From Octopus sinensis (Eukaryota), in the NCBI RefSeq assembly GCF_006345805.1, contig NC_043010.1:13082001-13146000 (forward strand): a stretch of DNA of 64,000 nt. Reading direction: 5' to 3'. Of this stretch, positions 52,133-64,000 are shown piece by piece. The notes under the pieces were generated by a model. The model ran no database searches and had not been told where the DNA came from. It worked only from the letters and a program-made list of their open reading frames with translations. Positions within the stretch are counted from its first letter, which is position 1. Every line of letters begins with the position of its first letter. The position numbers were made by a program, and so were the translations under genes.

Positions 52133-52791
52133 CCAGATACATCGGCAATACCTAACTCTCAAACACATATCCTAATGTATGCACACCAACTCATACTAAT
52201 AGACTTGTAACTTCTCACAATGGCAGAATTAAACACAGAAACAAGCATTAGTTTGTTTGTTTTTTCAATTACTTATGCCACCACACCCTAAAAGATACAC
52301 CACATTGTAAAAAGATTACAGACCACACGCAAATACTATACTTTTTCTGATTGCCATTATTACTATATCTATTTTTTAAAAATTTCACCATCATCATCAT
52401 CATCATCATCATCACTACCACCACCAACACCATCATCATCGTTGTCATCGTTGTCATTGTCATCATCATCATCATCATTATCCTCATCACCACCGCCACC
52501 ACCATCATCATCGTTGTCATTGTCATTGTAATTATCATTGCCAAAGTTATCAGTGTTGTTGTTGTCATCATCGTCATTGTCATCATCAACATCATTGTTT
52601 AACATGCATTTCTCTGTGCTCACATGAGTCAGACGGAATCTGGTGAGGCAGAGTTCCTATAACTGGATGCCTTTCCTGTTGCCCAACCCTCACCAGTTTG
52701 TTTCCAAGCAACGTAATATTTTCCATTTCACGGAAGACCGAAAATGAGCAACACCTTTTGTATGATGGATATCTTCATTTAGAACCATCAT

Positions 52792-53212
52792 GGGATCTTT
52801 TCGGTTTGAACGGCAGTTTTTAACATAATTTCCAGGTAACTAAACGCTTTTAAACTTCGTATACTGGTAGAATGTGTTTATAAAACATCTTTTTCTCTTG
52901 GCTTTATTGAGAAAGTTCTATAGTTTGTAAGATATTTGTTGTTTTTCTTCTTCAATTTCTGCAATTTCAACCAATCAATGATGTCTATTGAGGTAAAAAA
53001 AACATTCTGTGCCGTATGAATATGTCACTCGTTTAAGAAACATATTGAGTTTATTTACATTTGTGAAGAAAAAAAAGATACCCTTCCCCCACCACTAACC
53101 CTAACCCTAAAACAGATTGAAATGCAATAGATCGATACTAGGGTCATAATTATGGGTGACAATTTCATATGACACCACAAGAAAATACTGCAGTTCAAAC
53201 CGAAAATATCCC
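52792..53212. mobile_element. GGG-TIR MITE, 6-bp TSD catcat
   Basis: Same TIR and internal sequence as 46717-47146. Confidence 0.92.
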
Positions 53213-53294
53213 CATCATGCATTATCGAGTGAGAATACACAGAATCGTGAACGCATGCACACATATGTATGCATGTATTACAAACAGCTATGCT

Positions 53295-54112
53295 GCATGG
53301 CAGTAACACATGGGCTATGACAGCTGAGGACATGCGTAGGCTTGAGAGAAATGAAGCCAGTATGCTTCACTGGATGTGCAATATCAAGTGTGCATGTTCA
53401 ACAATATAAACATCTTGAGAGGAAAGTTAAGCATAAGAGGAATCAGATGTGGTGTGCAAGAGAAACGACTGCACTGGTATGGTCATATGATGTGTATGGA
53501 TGAGGACAGCTGTGTAAAGAAGTGCTGATCTCTAACTGTGGAGGGAACCTGTGGTAGAAGTAGATCCAGGAAGACATGGGACAAGGTGGAGAGGCATGAT
53601 CTTCAAACTTTCAGAGTTTCACAGAGACAATGACTAGCAACTGAGACCTTTGGTGATATGCTGTGCTTGAGAGGACCCATAAAGCCAAGTATACCCATGC
53701 TGGTGGCATGTAAAGAACATCTTTTGAATGCTGGGCCTCGCAGAAGCAAGGTGGCTGAGTTAATTTCAAATGTTGGACCTCACGGAGGCAAAATGGCTGA
53801 GTTCCTCGTGAGCATTGGGCCTTATGGAGGCAAAGTGGCTGAGTTTCTTTCAAGTGCTGGGCCTCATGGAGGTGAGGTGGCTGAGTTCCTTCTGAGCATT
53901 GGGCCTCACAGAGGCAAAAGGGCTGAGTTTCTTTCAAGCATTGGGCCTCACAGAGGCAATGACCAAGACCTTTGGCATTATGTCATGCTTGAGAAGATGA
54001 CCCATCAAGCGGAGCAAAATCGCAGTCAGGGCAGATACCGGTGTCGTGCAAACTGGCACATAAACACACCCATTACACTCTTGGAGTAGTTAGCATTAGG
54101 AAGGGCATCCAG
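53295..54112 (+). mobile_element. Older RTE LINE 3' portion with 39-bp repeat array in the 3'UTR
   Basis: Homologous to 2910-3290 (gctgaggacatgcgtaggcttgagagaaatgaagcc..); about six 39-bp units at 53727-53958. Confidence 0.85.
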
Positions 54113-54114
54113 CA

Positions 54115-54155
<41 letters not shown>

Positions 54156-54687
54156 GTGAATGGTGCGGGTGAGGATGTGTATGTTTCAAGTGAGAGTGGA
54201 TGAGTGTATACTTTTAGGCGCATGCAAGTGAGTGTGCTGGCACGCATGTGTAGGCATGAACATGCGCACTCACACAAATACTAAGAAACTTTTTTACCCC
54301 CTTACTTTCACTCCCTCCCCTCACTTAGCGGCCATTCAAATAGCTCTTTTGTCTTAATAACAGTCAATGACACAGTAATTTCCCTTTGTATAATGGTCAT
54401 TTTTCATAGCATTTTCCCGATGGCTGGATAACTGAAGAGATGGTGGCATGGATTTCCACCTCGGCATCCGAAACTCGGAGTTTTATCATGGCTACCGAAT
54501 AATTGTCACATACTACATTTACAGATAAATTCCTTTATTTACATAATATCGAGGTCTCTTTCATTCTTTTGTTGTCTTACCATTTCTATCAATATATATA
54601 TATATTATATATATATATATGCAAGTTTAGTCATTTCATTCGAATTTCATTTCAAGGACCTTTTGATAAATTTGTTTCCAAGTTTGC

Positions 54688-54690
<3 letters not shown>

Positions 54691-54720
<30 letters not shown>

Positions 54721-54945
54721 GTTTAACGTCCGTTTTCCATGCTAGCATAGGTTGGACGGTTCAACTGGGTTCTGGGAAGCCAGTAGGCTGCGCCAGGCCC
54801 AGTCTGATCTGGCAGTGTTTCTACAGCTGGATGCCCTTCCTAATGCCAACCACTCCGTGAGTATAGTGGGTGCTTTTTACGTGCCACCGGCACAGGGCCA
54901 GACGAGGTTGGCAACGGCCATAATCGGATGGTGCATTTTACGTGC
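54691..54945 (-). mobile_element. RTE 3' tail
   Basis: (cat)n cgtttaacgtcc. Confidence 0.85.
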
Positions 54946-55084
54946 CTATGAAAAACCACCTGTGGACACTATCTGCATGAAACAAGCAAACTCTATTTCA
55001 TTTAATACAGTCTGCAAAAATATTGCCGTGACTTTATGATACTCTTGCAGGTGGGGAATATATATGTTTTTTGTTTGTTCCTTC

Positions 55085-55375
55085 TCGAGCCATGCCTGGC
55101 TCATAAGGGCCGGTTTCCGGTTTCTTGGCGTATAGGCACCCCACCTGGATGGGATGCCGGTCCGTCGCAGGTGAACTGCAAGATGCAGGAGGAAAGAGTG
55201 AGAGAAAGTTGTGGCGAAAGAGTCAGCAGAAGTTTCGCCTTTACCTTCTGCCACAGCCGCGTGGAGCTTAGGTGTTTTCGCTTATAAACACACACATTGC
55301 CCGGTCTGCAATTCGAGCCCACGATCCCTCGACCATGAGTCTGCTGCTCTAACCACTAGGCCATGTGCCTCCACA
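55085..55375 (-). mobile_element. SINE family C head with C' tail
   Basis: Matches 51860-52132. Confidence 0.88.
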
Positions 55376-56780
55376 ATTATACATAAAGGGAAGAAATAAA
55401 AAACATAAACTTGAGGACCAATAATAATTTCACCTGATCACACACACACACACACACACCACACACACACACATGCATAGACATGTAAAATTATATGGTT
55501 ATCTTATGTTCATGCCAATATTTGTCATAGTTCCATTCAATGTTTGAATATACTAAAATGTGTTAAGTAAAGACAAGAGATAAAGCTAAGATACACAACA
55601 TCAGTAACAGATACAAACATTACTGTTTAGTCAAATGTTGTATTTAGATAAATTTTGGAGTTTACATAAATTTTTATGTTTAGACAAATTTTTCTGTTAA
55701 GATTAAATTGTATTTGCTAGATGCTGGTAAACTATCTCTAGTACAAAGAAACAGCTGTACGTTCATATAACACTCTGCTGCTGACCTTAAAATATTCTAT
55801 TTATCAACCAAGGGTGAGAACAGGCGATTCACTTTCCTACTAAGGATTCCAGTAGCATTGATTACTTCTTGTGTTATCTTCTAACCTTTGCTTATTTTGG
55901 ATATTTTCTTTCTATTCATCCAGTCAAACAAATTTTTGAAGTTTAAAAAAAAAAATTACAGCACTAAAATTTTTATTATTTTAAATACCCCAGAGCTTGT
56001 AAACGTTTTATTTTCATTTTTTTTGCCTTTGTTTTTTGGGTTGTTTTTTTTTTTGCTTATTTTGAAGCAGTGGTTCTGTACAGGGTTACACCACAAGGGC
56101 TTCCAGTCATAGAAATCATGCCAAAGAAGACATTGGAGTATGGACACAGTACTCCAGTTCATTAGATCCTATCAGATTGTCCCATCTGTGCTGGCATGTA
56201 AGATGGATGTTAAAGATGATTATGATAATGATGACGACGACAATGATGATGCTGATAATGATGATCACGATCATGAAGATGATTATGATGGTGATGATGA
56301 TGATGACAAAAAATGATTATTCTAGCTCTTATTAGTGTTAATCATTCTGATAAAACAAACATGGAAATATTTTAGCTGCAATCAGAGAATAGTATTCCCA
56401 CCAAATTTGTAGATGACCGGAGAATGGAACAAAAAGAAAGAAAGAAAGAAAGAAACAAGAAATATTAATTATCTCCAATATCTTGAATCATGAATTAAAA
56501 AATACCCAAAACAGAATTATACAGAAATTAAAACTAAAATCATGAACAGTTTAAAGAATAATTAACAACATATACAATTAATTATTAGATCACAACCTGA
56601 AACTGAAAGTAGCCGCTGCTATGTCAATAAAATGTCAAAAAAACACCCAAAAAAAAGCTTTGTAGTTTCTATGTTCCCATCAGAACTTCACTATGTTCAT
56701 GACCAGCGAATAAAAATTTAGCTGTCAATAACCTAGTCCACCTAACCATGCTAAGGTACCAATTAGAAGTATAAGATATA

Positions 56781-57160
56781 GGTGCAGGTGTGGCTGTGTG
56801 GTAAGAAGTTTGCTTCCCAACTGCGTGGTTCTGGGTTCAATTCCACTGCATGATACCTGGGCAAGTGTCTTCTACTATAGCCTCAGGTTGACCAAAGCCT
56901 TGCGCGTGTATTTGGTTAATAGAAACTGAAGGGAACCCATCGTGTGTGTGTGTATGTGTCTTTGTTTGTCCCCCCATCACCACTCAACAACTGGTGTTGT
57001 GTTTCTGTCCCTGTGACTTAGTAGTTTGGCAAAAGGGATCAATAGAATAAGCACCAGGCTTAAAAACTAAGCACTTGGGGCAATTCATTTGACTAAACTT
57101 TTCCAAGGTGATGCTCCAGCATGGCTTGAGTCTGATGATTGAAACAACTAAAAAGAAAAA
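56781..57160 (+). mobile_element. SINE family A
   Basis: Both halves present. Confidence 0.85.
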
Positions 57161-57586
57161 AATTCACCCCAGGTCCCATATACAAAATAGCTTTAAGCTT
57201 TAAGTAGTCCTTTCTCTATTAGGCACAAAGCCTGAAATTTTAGGGGAGGGAATTAGTCGATTGCATCAACCCCAGTGCTTGACTGGTATTTATTTTATGA
57301 GCCCTGAAAGGATAAAAGGCAAAGTCAGCCTCAACAGAATTTGAACTCATAACGTAAAGACTGAAAATGCCTCTTAGTATTTTGTCCAGTGTGTTAATGA
57401 TTCTGCCAGCTCACTGCTTTAATGGCTTTAAATATTGCTTTCAAATTTTGGCACGAGGTCAGCAAGACATATCAATTTTATCAACCCCAGTGCTCAAGTG
57501 GTACTTATTTTATTGCCCTCAAAAGAATAAAAGGCAAAGTCAACCCCAGTAGAATTTGAACTCAGAATGTTAAAATGGACGAAATA

Positions 57587-57822
57587 CTTATTTCTTTACT
57601 ACCCACAAGGGGCTAAACACAGAGAGGACAAACAAGAACAGACAAATGGATTAAGTCGATTATATCGACCCCAGTGTGTAACTGGTACTTATTTAATCGA
57701 CCCTGAAAGGATGAAAGGCAAAGTCGACCTCGGCGGAATTTGAACTCAGGATGTAACGGCAGACGAAATACAGCTACGCATTTCACCCGGCGTGCTAACA
57801 ACTCTGCCAGCTCACCACCTTA
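57587..57822 (-). mobile_element. Young SINE B nested among older SINE B copies
   Basis: Close to the window consensus; flanked by an imperfect aa(a/g)atggac(g/a)aaatact duplication. Confidence 0.85.
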
Positions 57823-58319
57823 AGATGGACAAAATACTGCTAACCATTTTGCCCAGCATATAAACAATTCTGATTGGCTTTAAAAATTACATGCTATGAT
57901 TTTTCCTGACTATGCATGGCTGAAATTGATATACATCTAATTTGCTCATTTGTCTTTTATGCCATCAAAAATGGTAAGTAAATCCTTTAACAGTGTATAG
58001 CAGTTTATACATATTTGTCAATGCTTTTACATGTATATTCTAGATCTAATCAGATGTAATAAATTTAAATTCATAAGGCAGATGTAATATATCTAAAAAC
58101 AAAAATAAGCTGGAAATAGTTTTTCTATGAAGTGCTTTAATAGCCAACATCAAAAGTTCAAAAGCCAACCTCGGTGGAATTTGAACTCAGAATGTAAAGA
58201 CAGATGAAATGTTGTTAAGCCCAACATGATAAAGATTTTGTCAGCTTGCCACGTTGAAGTGTTTTGATATTGCTTGTGGTACATACATAAAGTATATAAA
58301 TCAGTGGACTTAAACATAC

Positions 58320-58384
58320 ATTTCTATAATGATTTAAGGTCAACTTTGAGTATAAGCATTCAAGAGATTTGCAGATATAACCAA
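58320..58384 (-). CDS. Candidate 65-nt exon (GYICKSLECLYSKLTLNHYRN)
   Basis: cttccctttattcag acceptor and aat|gtatgt donor; only phase 1-0 is open. Confidence 0.3.
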
Positions 58385-58861
58385 CTGAATAAAGGGAAGA
58401 CAACTCAGATGTACAAGATATTGTCATTGAGGTAATGAGAGAGTCATTCTAGATGTACTTCTTTCAGGCACCTAAACTATGAAGTATGAATAAAAGGAAA
58501 TTGTGTACTTCAGAAATTTGTGCAGCAGCCTCACAGTTTTTGAGTTCAATCCTATTGCATGGTACCTTGAGTGAAATTAAAGCCCCATGAAGAAATTTGG
58601 GAGACAGAAACTGTGTAGAAGCCCATCAAGCACACATACACACACACACACACACATACACACACACAAACACACACACACATGCGTAGGCAAAACACAA
58701 GCATATATGTATGTGTGTATATGCTTATGTTTGTTCCTCATCGCTTAGCAACCAATGTAAGTTTGTAGCAGTTCAGCAAAAGAAAATAAGCAATAGAGTA
58801 AATACCTGACTTAAAATAAGTGCCAAGGTCAATTTGGTTGACTAAAAAAGAAACTCTTTAC

Positions 58862-58993
58862 CGGTGTTTCTCAACCTGTTTACCCTTGCATGACACTTAA
58901 AATAAATTGCATGTCTCAAGGAACCCTCGCAAAAAAAAAAAATTATGCACCATATCTTTCTCGTATTTTTTCATCATAATTCATGTAGTAAAT

Positions 58994-59048
<55 letters not shown>

Positions 59049-59649
59049 AAATTTACAGAAAAACAAAAGACGTAGACAGGCGTATTAGTTTGATGCTTGG
59101 AAGAGAAAGTCTTTTACATTTCGAGCCTATGCTCTTCAACAGAAAAGAACATGAGGAAATAAACAGAGACAGAATAAAAGACTTGTGGATTTAGCGATCA
59201 ATCATGGTGACTGATTGATATATATATATATATATCATCATCATCATCATCATCATCGTTGATGATATATATATATATATATAATTGTTCATTTTGAATT
59301 GATAAAAGGTGTTTTTTCTAATTTTTATATATATATTGTATTGTGTGAAATTTGATTTAGTATTTCTAAATTGAATTTTTTCCCTGTAAGTTAGGATTAA
59401 TATTCCCTCAAATAATAATTATTATTATATATATATATGTATGGTTGTTATATTTTTTTAATAACATAATAGGTTAGCAAAGATGATGTCTATATTACAA
59501 TATAACAAGAACTAATAAGTTGTTGTGCATGTATAGTAAAAATTCCAATCATGAAATTAGCTTTAGGTTATCTCACTCTTTCTTGCGGAACCCCTAGAAG
59601 CCTTTTACTGAACCCTAGGGTTCCAAGGAACCCCAGTTGAGAAATGCTG
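58862..59649. mobile_element. hAT (Charlie-like) MITE with nested insertions
   Basis: cggtgtttctcaac / gttgagaaatgctg TIRs; 8-bp TSD ctcttt(a/g)c. Confidence 0.85.
59046..59215 (-). mobile_element. Penelope-like tail, family H7, with hammerhead-like motif at 59111-59147
   Basis: CUUUU-CUGUUGA-A-GAGC(AUAG)GCUC-GAA-AUGU-A-AAAG. Confidence 0.6.
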
Positions 59650-59888
59650 CTCTTTGCAATAGTGACCCAGCATGGCCAGAGGGCAGTGACTGAAACAAGT
59701 AAAACAATAAAACGGTAAATGCTGAATATGTGAAAGAAGTCCTGTAAGTTCTTTCAGAAAATGGCTAAATATGGTCTGAACAAAGTCAAATAATGGAGCA
59801 TAAGGGAAAACTTACTCTGTATTAGACCAAATGGAACAATATATGAGGTATAGTAGTGTGGGCTTTTTAATATACTTCATTTTGTGAA

Positions 59889-60212
59889 GGTGCTATGGCC
59901 TAGTACTTCGGTATTCAGCTCACAGTTGTAAGGACATGAGTTCAATTAACAGTAGTGTGTTGTGTTCTTGAGCAAGACACTTTTTTATTATCACACTGCT
60001 CCAGTCCACTCAGCTAGCAAAATTCAAGGGCTGGAATTCAAAGGGCCAGCTCTGTCACAATCAGTGTCATGCTGAACTTCCCTGAGAATTACGTTAAGGC
60101 TAAGGGGATGCACGTCTGTTGGAGTGCTCAGTTACTTGCACATTAATTTCATGAACAGGCTGTTCCATTTATCGGACCAACTGGAACCCTCGTCATCGTA
60201 ACTGTCACAGTG
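59889..60212 (+). mobile_element. Old SINE: F-type head with C-type tail
   Basis: ttgtgttcttgagcaagacac head and gagaattacgttaagg..ggaaccctcgtc tail. Confidence 0.7.
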
Positions 60213-60456
60213 CTTTTTTTTATGTATCTCATTTTGTATTAGCTTATAGAATAATTAAAAGAGTATATTTCATGTATAGGTACATGAAAGGGTTATTTTG
60301 TAATCATTCGATATTGGTGCAGTCCCATGATAGAGTAAACCAGATAAGTGTCTTTTACTATAGCAGTAACCTCAAACCAATCAATGCTTTGTGAGGCAAT
60401 TTGGTCAACAGAAAATGTGTAAAAATCAACTATGTGTACATATGTATATATTTATG

Positions 60457-60501
<45 letters not shown>

Positions 60502-60599
60502 GTGTGTGTGTATATATATATATATATATTTGTATGTATGTAGGTCTGTATGCAACATGGCTGTATCCTAGACCAGTTTCGCATAACCAGTCCCAGCCC

Positions 60600-61035
60600 A
60601 TTCAAAAGTACTTTGGGTCATAGGGTGACCTGTTGTGCTTGAGGAGACCTATTGAGTCAAGTACATCAACATCAAAATGGAAATCAAATGGAAATTGTAG
60701 TTGTGATACCCATGCTGGTGGCACGTAAAAAGCACCATCCAAACGTGGTTGACGCCAGTGCTACCTTGACTGGCTTCCATGCTGGTGGTATATAAAAAGT
60801 ACCAGCCAGTCGTAGCCACTGCCAGCCTCCTCTGCCCTTTGTACCGGTGGCACGTAAAAAGCACCCACTACACTCATGAAGTGGTTGGTGCTAGGAAGGG
60901 CATCCAGCAGTAGAAACACTGCCAGATCAGACTGGAGCTTGGTGCAGCCTCCTGGCTTCCCAGACCCAAGTTGAACCGTCCAGCCTATGCCAGCATGGAA
61001 ACAGACATTAAACGATGATGATGATAATGATGATA
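60600..61035 (+). mobile_element. RTE 3' tail
   Basis: Sub-repeats plus (gat)n. Confidence 0.8.
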
Positions 61036-61509
61036 GAGACGAAATGAAGAAAATATATCTATTCATATATTTATATGTTTGCGGTATGTGAGTCTTCATG
61101 TTTGCATGTGTCTCTCACCACTTGGCAACCAATGTTGGTTTGTTTCCATCCCCATAACTTGGTGGTTTGGCAAAAAGAAGATAATTAGAAAAAGTTGTGA
61201 ATTAAGATATAGATATTAGGGTCAGTTTGATCAAACAAATGAAGGATTACCTCAACAGGACTGATACAAATAGAAGACTAAAAGTAAATCTATGAATTTC
61301 AAAATATAGGAAGAAGATAAGAGAAGCTTTTGGATATAGAATTCCCTTTGTCCTTATTCTAAGCAAATGGCAAATTTTATAGATAGATTATGACACTAAT
61401 TGGTAAATTTCAAAGTATTACAATTAGAAATGTTTCTTAATAAGGTTCTTGGTGCTGTTGTTCATTTTGCATTTTTATCTGTATGTGTGCATATATATAT
61501 ATATAAACA

Positions 61510-61780
61510 ATTGCAGCGTGGAAGGTGTTTATAAGCCATTTAAGAAACACACAAAAACCGTTAGATTCACTTCAACATTTAAATTTAATTTGTCAAAATA
61601 TTTTTGGCGCTTTGAGACCATGACCTGTTCACTGACAAAATTCCGTGATGCATCTCAGTGAACAGGTTGCGCACTCAAAACAATGAAAATATTTTGACAA
61701 ATGAAATTTAAATGTTGAAGTAAACCTAACGGATTTTGTGTGTTTTTTAAACGGCTTATAGGCACTTTCCACACAGCAAT
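61510..61780. mobile_element. Fold-back element, family H1, second copy
   Basis: Homologous to 852-1102; both arms keep gtgaacag. Confidence 0.85.
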
Positions 61781-61814
61781 TGTATATATATTTATTTATA
61801 TATTTATATATTCC

Positions 61815-62178
61815 CAGCCACATGGTTCCATGTTCAGTCCCATTGTGCAGCACCTTGGACAAGTGCCTTCTACTATAGCCTCGGACCGACCAAAGCCTTG
61901 TGAGTGGATTTTGTAGACGGAAACTGAAACAAGCCCGTCATATACATATATATCTATATATGTATATATTTGTGTGTGTGTATCTGTGTTTGTCCCCTAT
62001 GCCCTCACTTGACAACTGATGCTGGCGTAGTTATGTTCCTGTAACTTAGCAGTTCGGCAAAAGAGGCCGATAGAATAAGTACAAAGAATAAGTCCTGGGA
62101 TTGGTTTCTTCGACTAACACCCTTTAAGGTAGTGCTCCAACATGACCGCAGTCAAATGACTGAAACAAGTAAAAGGAT
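61815..62178 (+). mobile_element. SINE family A
   Basis: Both halves present, head truncated. Confidence 0.85.
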
Positions 62179-62591
62179 AAAAAATAAAAGAATGTGTGTG
62201 TGTGTGTGTTTCTGTGTGTGAATGTGTGTGTGTGTGTATATAAATGTGTCTTTGTGTGTGTATCTTTGTGTTTGAGTTCCTGCCTTCCACCACTTGACAA
62301 CTGGAGTTGTTTTGTCTAGACACATGTAACTTATCAATTTAGCAAATAAGACCGATAGGATAAATACTGGACTTAAAAGAAAGCAAGTACTGTCCCAAGA
62401 ACAGGGACAGTCCATCTCAATGGACTTCTAGACAGTTTCCATCAACTTATATCTTACACATAGAGAAATTGAACATGAAACCTCCAGTTCAAAATCAACT
62501 TTCTAACTACATGACAATGTCTGTTCCCAGTTATCAACATCTCCGTTTGTTGATATACATTGAATATAAGGAATTTCATAGAATGCTTTAC

Positions 62592-62741
62592 CTTTTTAGC
62601 TGTTGGTATCTTCACTGTAGTGGTTGATGCTTTCCATTCATTTGGTGGCTCAACAACAAAGTAAAAGAGACTGGCTGACTTCCTTAGGTGTGAGTACCTC
62701 TTCTCAGCAGGATTTCTTATGAAGGCAAAAGGGTTGTTTGT
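62592..62741 (-). CDS. Candidate 150-nt exon (TNNPFAFIRNPAEKRYSHLRKSASLFYFVVEPPNEWKASTTTVKIPTAKK)
   Basis: ggttttattttag acceptor and aag|gtaaag donor; single fully open frame, phase 0-0; protein not recognised. Confidence 0.4.
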
Positions 62742-62819
62742 CTAAAAATAAAACCAGATTCTCGCTTTGTGTTCAATGCAATTTATAAAATAACAATAAC
62801 AACAACAACAAAAAAATAA

Positions 62820-62868
<49 letters not shown>

Positions 62869-63220
62869 TGCATTCTAGGGTGAAGCCTCAGCTCAGGAAT
62901 GTGGAGTTAGCTCCTAGTTACCACTTCTCCCAGATCTACTCATTCCTGTGGTGGTGTTATGGGTCAAATAACAGAAGATGATCCTGTGAGTAAGGCAATG
63001 CATGACTCAAAAAAAGAATGGCCCCTATGCATGTGTCTATACACAGGCCCATCTGTATGTGGAAATGCCTTGATTCCATGTGAACCAGTTCCCCTGCCTA
63101 TGGATTAGATAGGCCCTGTGTGCCAAGGGTAAACTTGAGAGAACAAGAGACAAAAGGTGTAAACTGTAAATAAGCCAGCAGAAGTCTACCACTCCTGGAA
63201 TCTTTCTCAACAGAACTCAC

Positions 63221-63255
63221 AAATCTTCAGATTTTAGGCTCTTGATTGTTGATGT
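63221..63255 (-). other. Candidate 35-nt exon
   Basis: Pyrimidine-rich ..cctgacag acceptor and ttt|gtgagt donor; its open frame is incompatible with 62592-62741. Confidence 0.2.
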
Positions 63256-64000
63256 CTGTCAGGATGGCACATGAGAAAAGAAATAATTAAAAACGTCTAC
63301 TTTATTTTTTCATAATTAAAAACTAAATTTGAATTTTTTCATTGCTGAGTTAGAAATTTTATAAATGATGAATTTTTTGAGTTTTGCAGGAATGCTTCAA
63401 CCAGCTATTTACAGACAGAACAGGGCATCTACATGATTACCTAGCCTGCTAGGAATAGCAGTCAAACCCTCCTCAAATTATGATTCATGTGGCCAACAAA
63501 GAATAACTGGGAGTTAAACTTACAGTTGTGTACAATGTGTGTGTGTGTTTGTATGTATATGTATATATGTGTGTGTGCATATGTATATGTGTATATGTAT
63601 ATATATGGAAGGGAAAATTATAAGGCAGAATGCTAAATTGAAAGTAAATTTTGATAAAAATGGGTGTATGAAAAATTAAGAAAGAAAAAATAATAAATCA
63701 AACCGGTTTTCATTGCAAGGTAAATTTTCAAGATTTGGAAGGGGGAAAATTTTTTTTTTTAAACTGAGGAAGGGGAAAAATAAATTTACATTTAAAATAC
63801 ATGCATCCTAACCCTCCAAAGAAGTTTTTCCAAGGACTATTCTTGAACTCTAAAAGCATAAAGACTCTACAATGGATTGGTATACTTATTAATTTTTGTA
63901 TATATGTATTATTTTTTTGAAAAAACATTGTAAATTTCTTTTTCCCCTTCCTCATCATCATCATCATCATCGTTTAGCGTCCGCTTTCCATGCTAGCATG

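Overview
AT-rich eukaryotic DNA packed with (AT)n/(CAT)n microsatellites and nested transposon remnants. The SINE/LINE families look like octopus (coleoid cephalopod) DNA, which is my inference from recognising the repeats. No intact protein-coding gene can be assembled. The window holds a disrupted hAT transposase (20291-22417, minus strand) and fragments of RTE, CR1 and HERO-like (RLE) LINEs. It also holds several tRNA-derived SINE families, piggyBac-like, hAT and 6-bp-TSD MITEs, and a non-autonomous Helitron. Low-confidence exon-like islands lie on the minus strand. The most interesting signal is a set of asymmetric fold-back elements resembling Penelope-like pLTRs. Four unrelated families of these share a minimal type I hammerhead-ribozyme layout with palindromic stem III, and the core 3-8 pair covaries between them (C:G, G:C, U:A). 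Also notable are a ~0.7-kb inverted duplication, a 14x42-bp array ending in a hairpin, and an 81-bp target-site-like duplication around an RTE tail. Most short ORFs in the track are microsatellite or repeat artefacts. All alignments and structures were read by eye, so coordinates may be off by a few bases.
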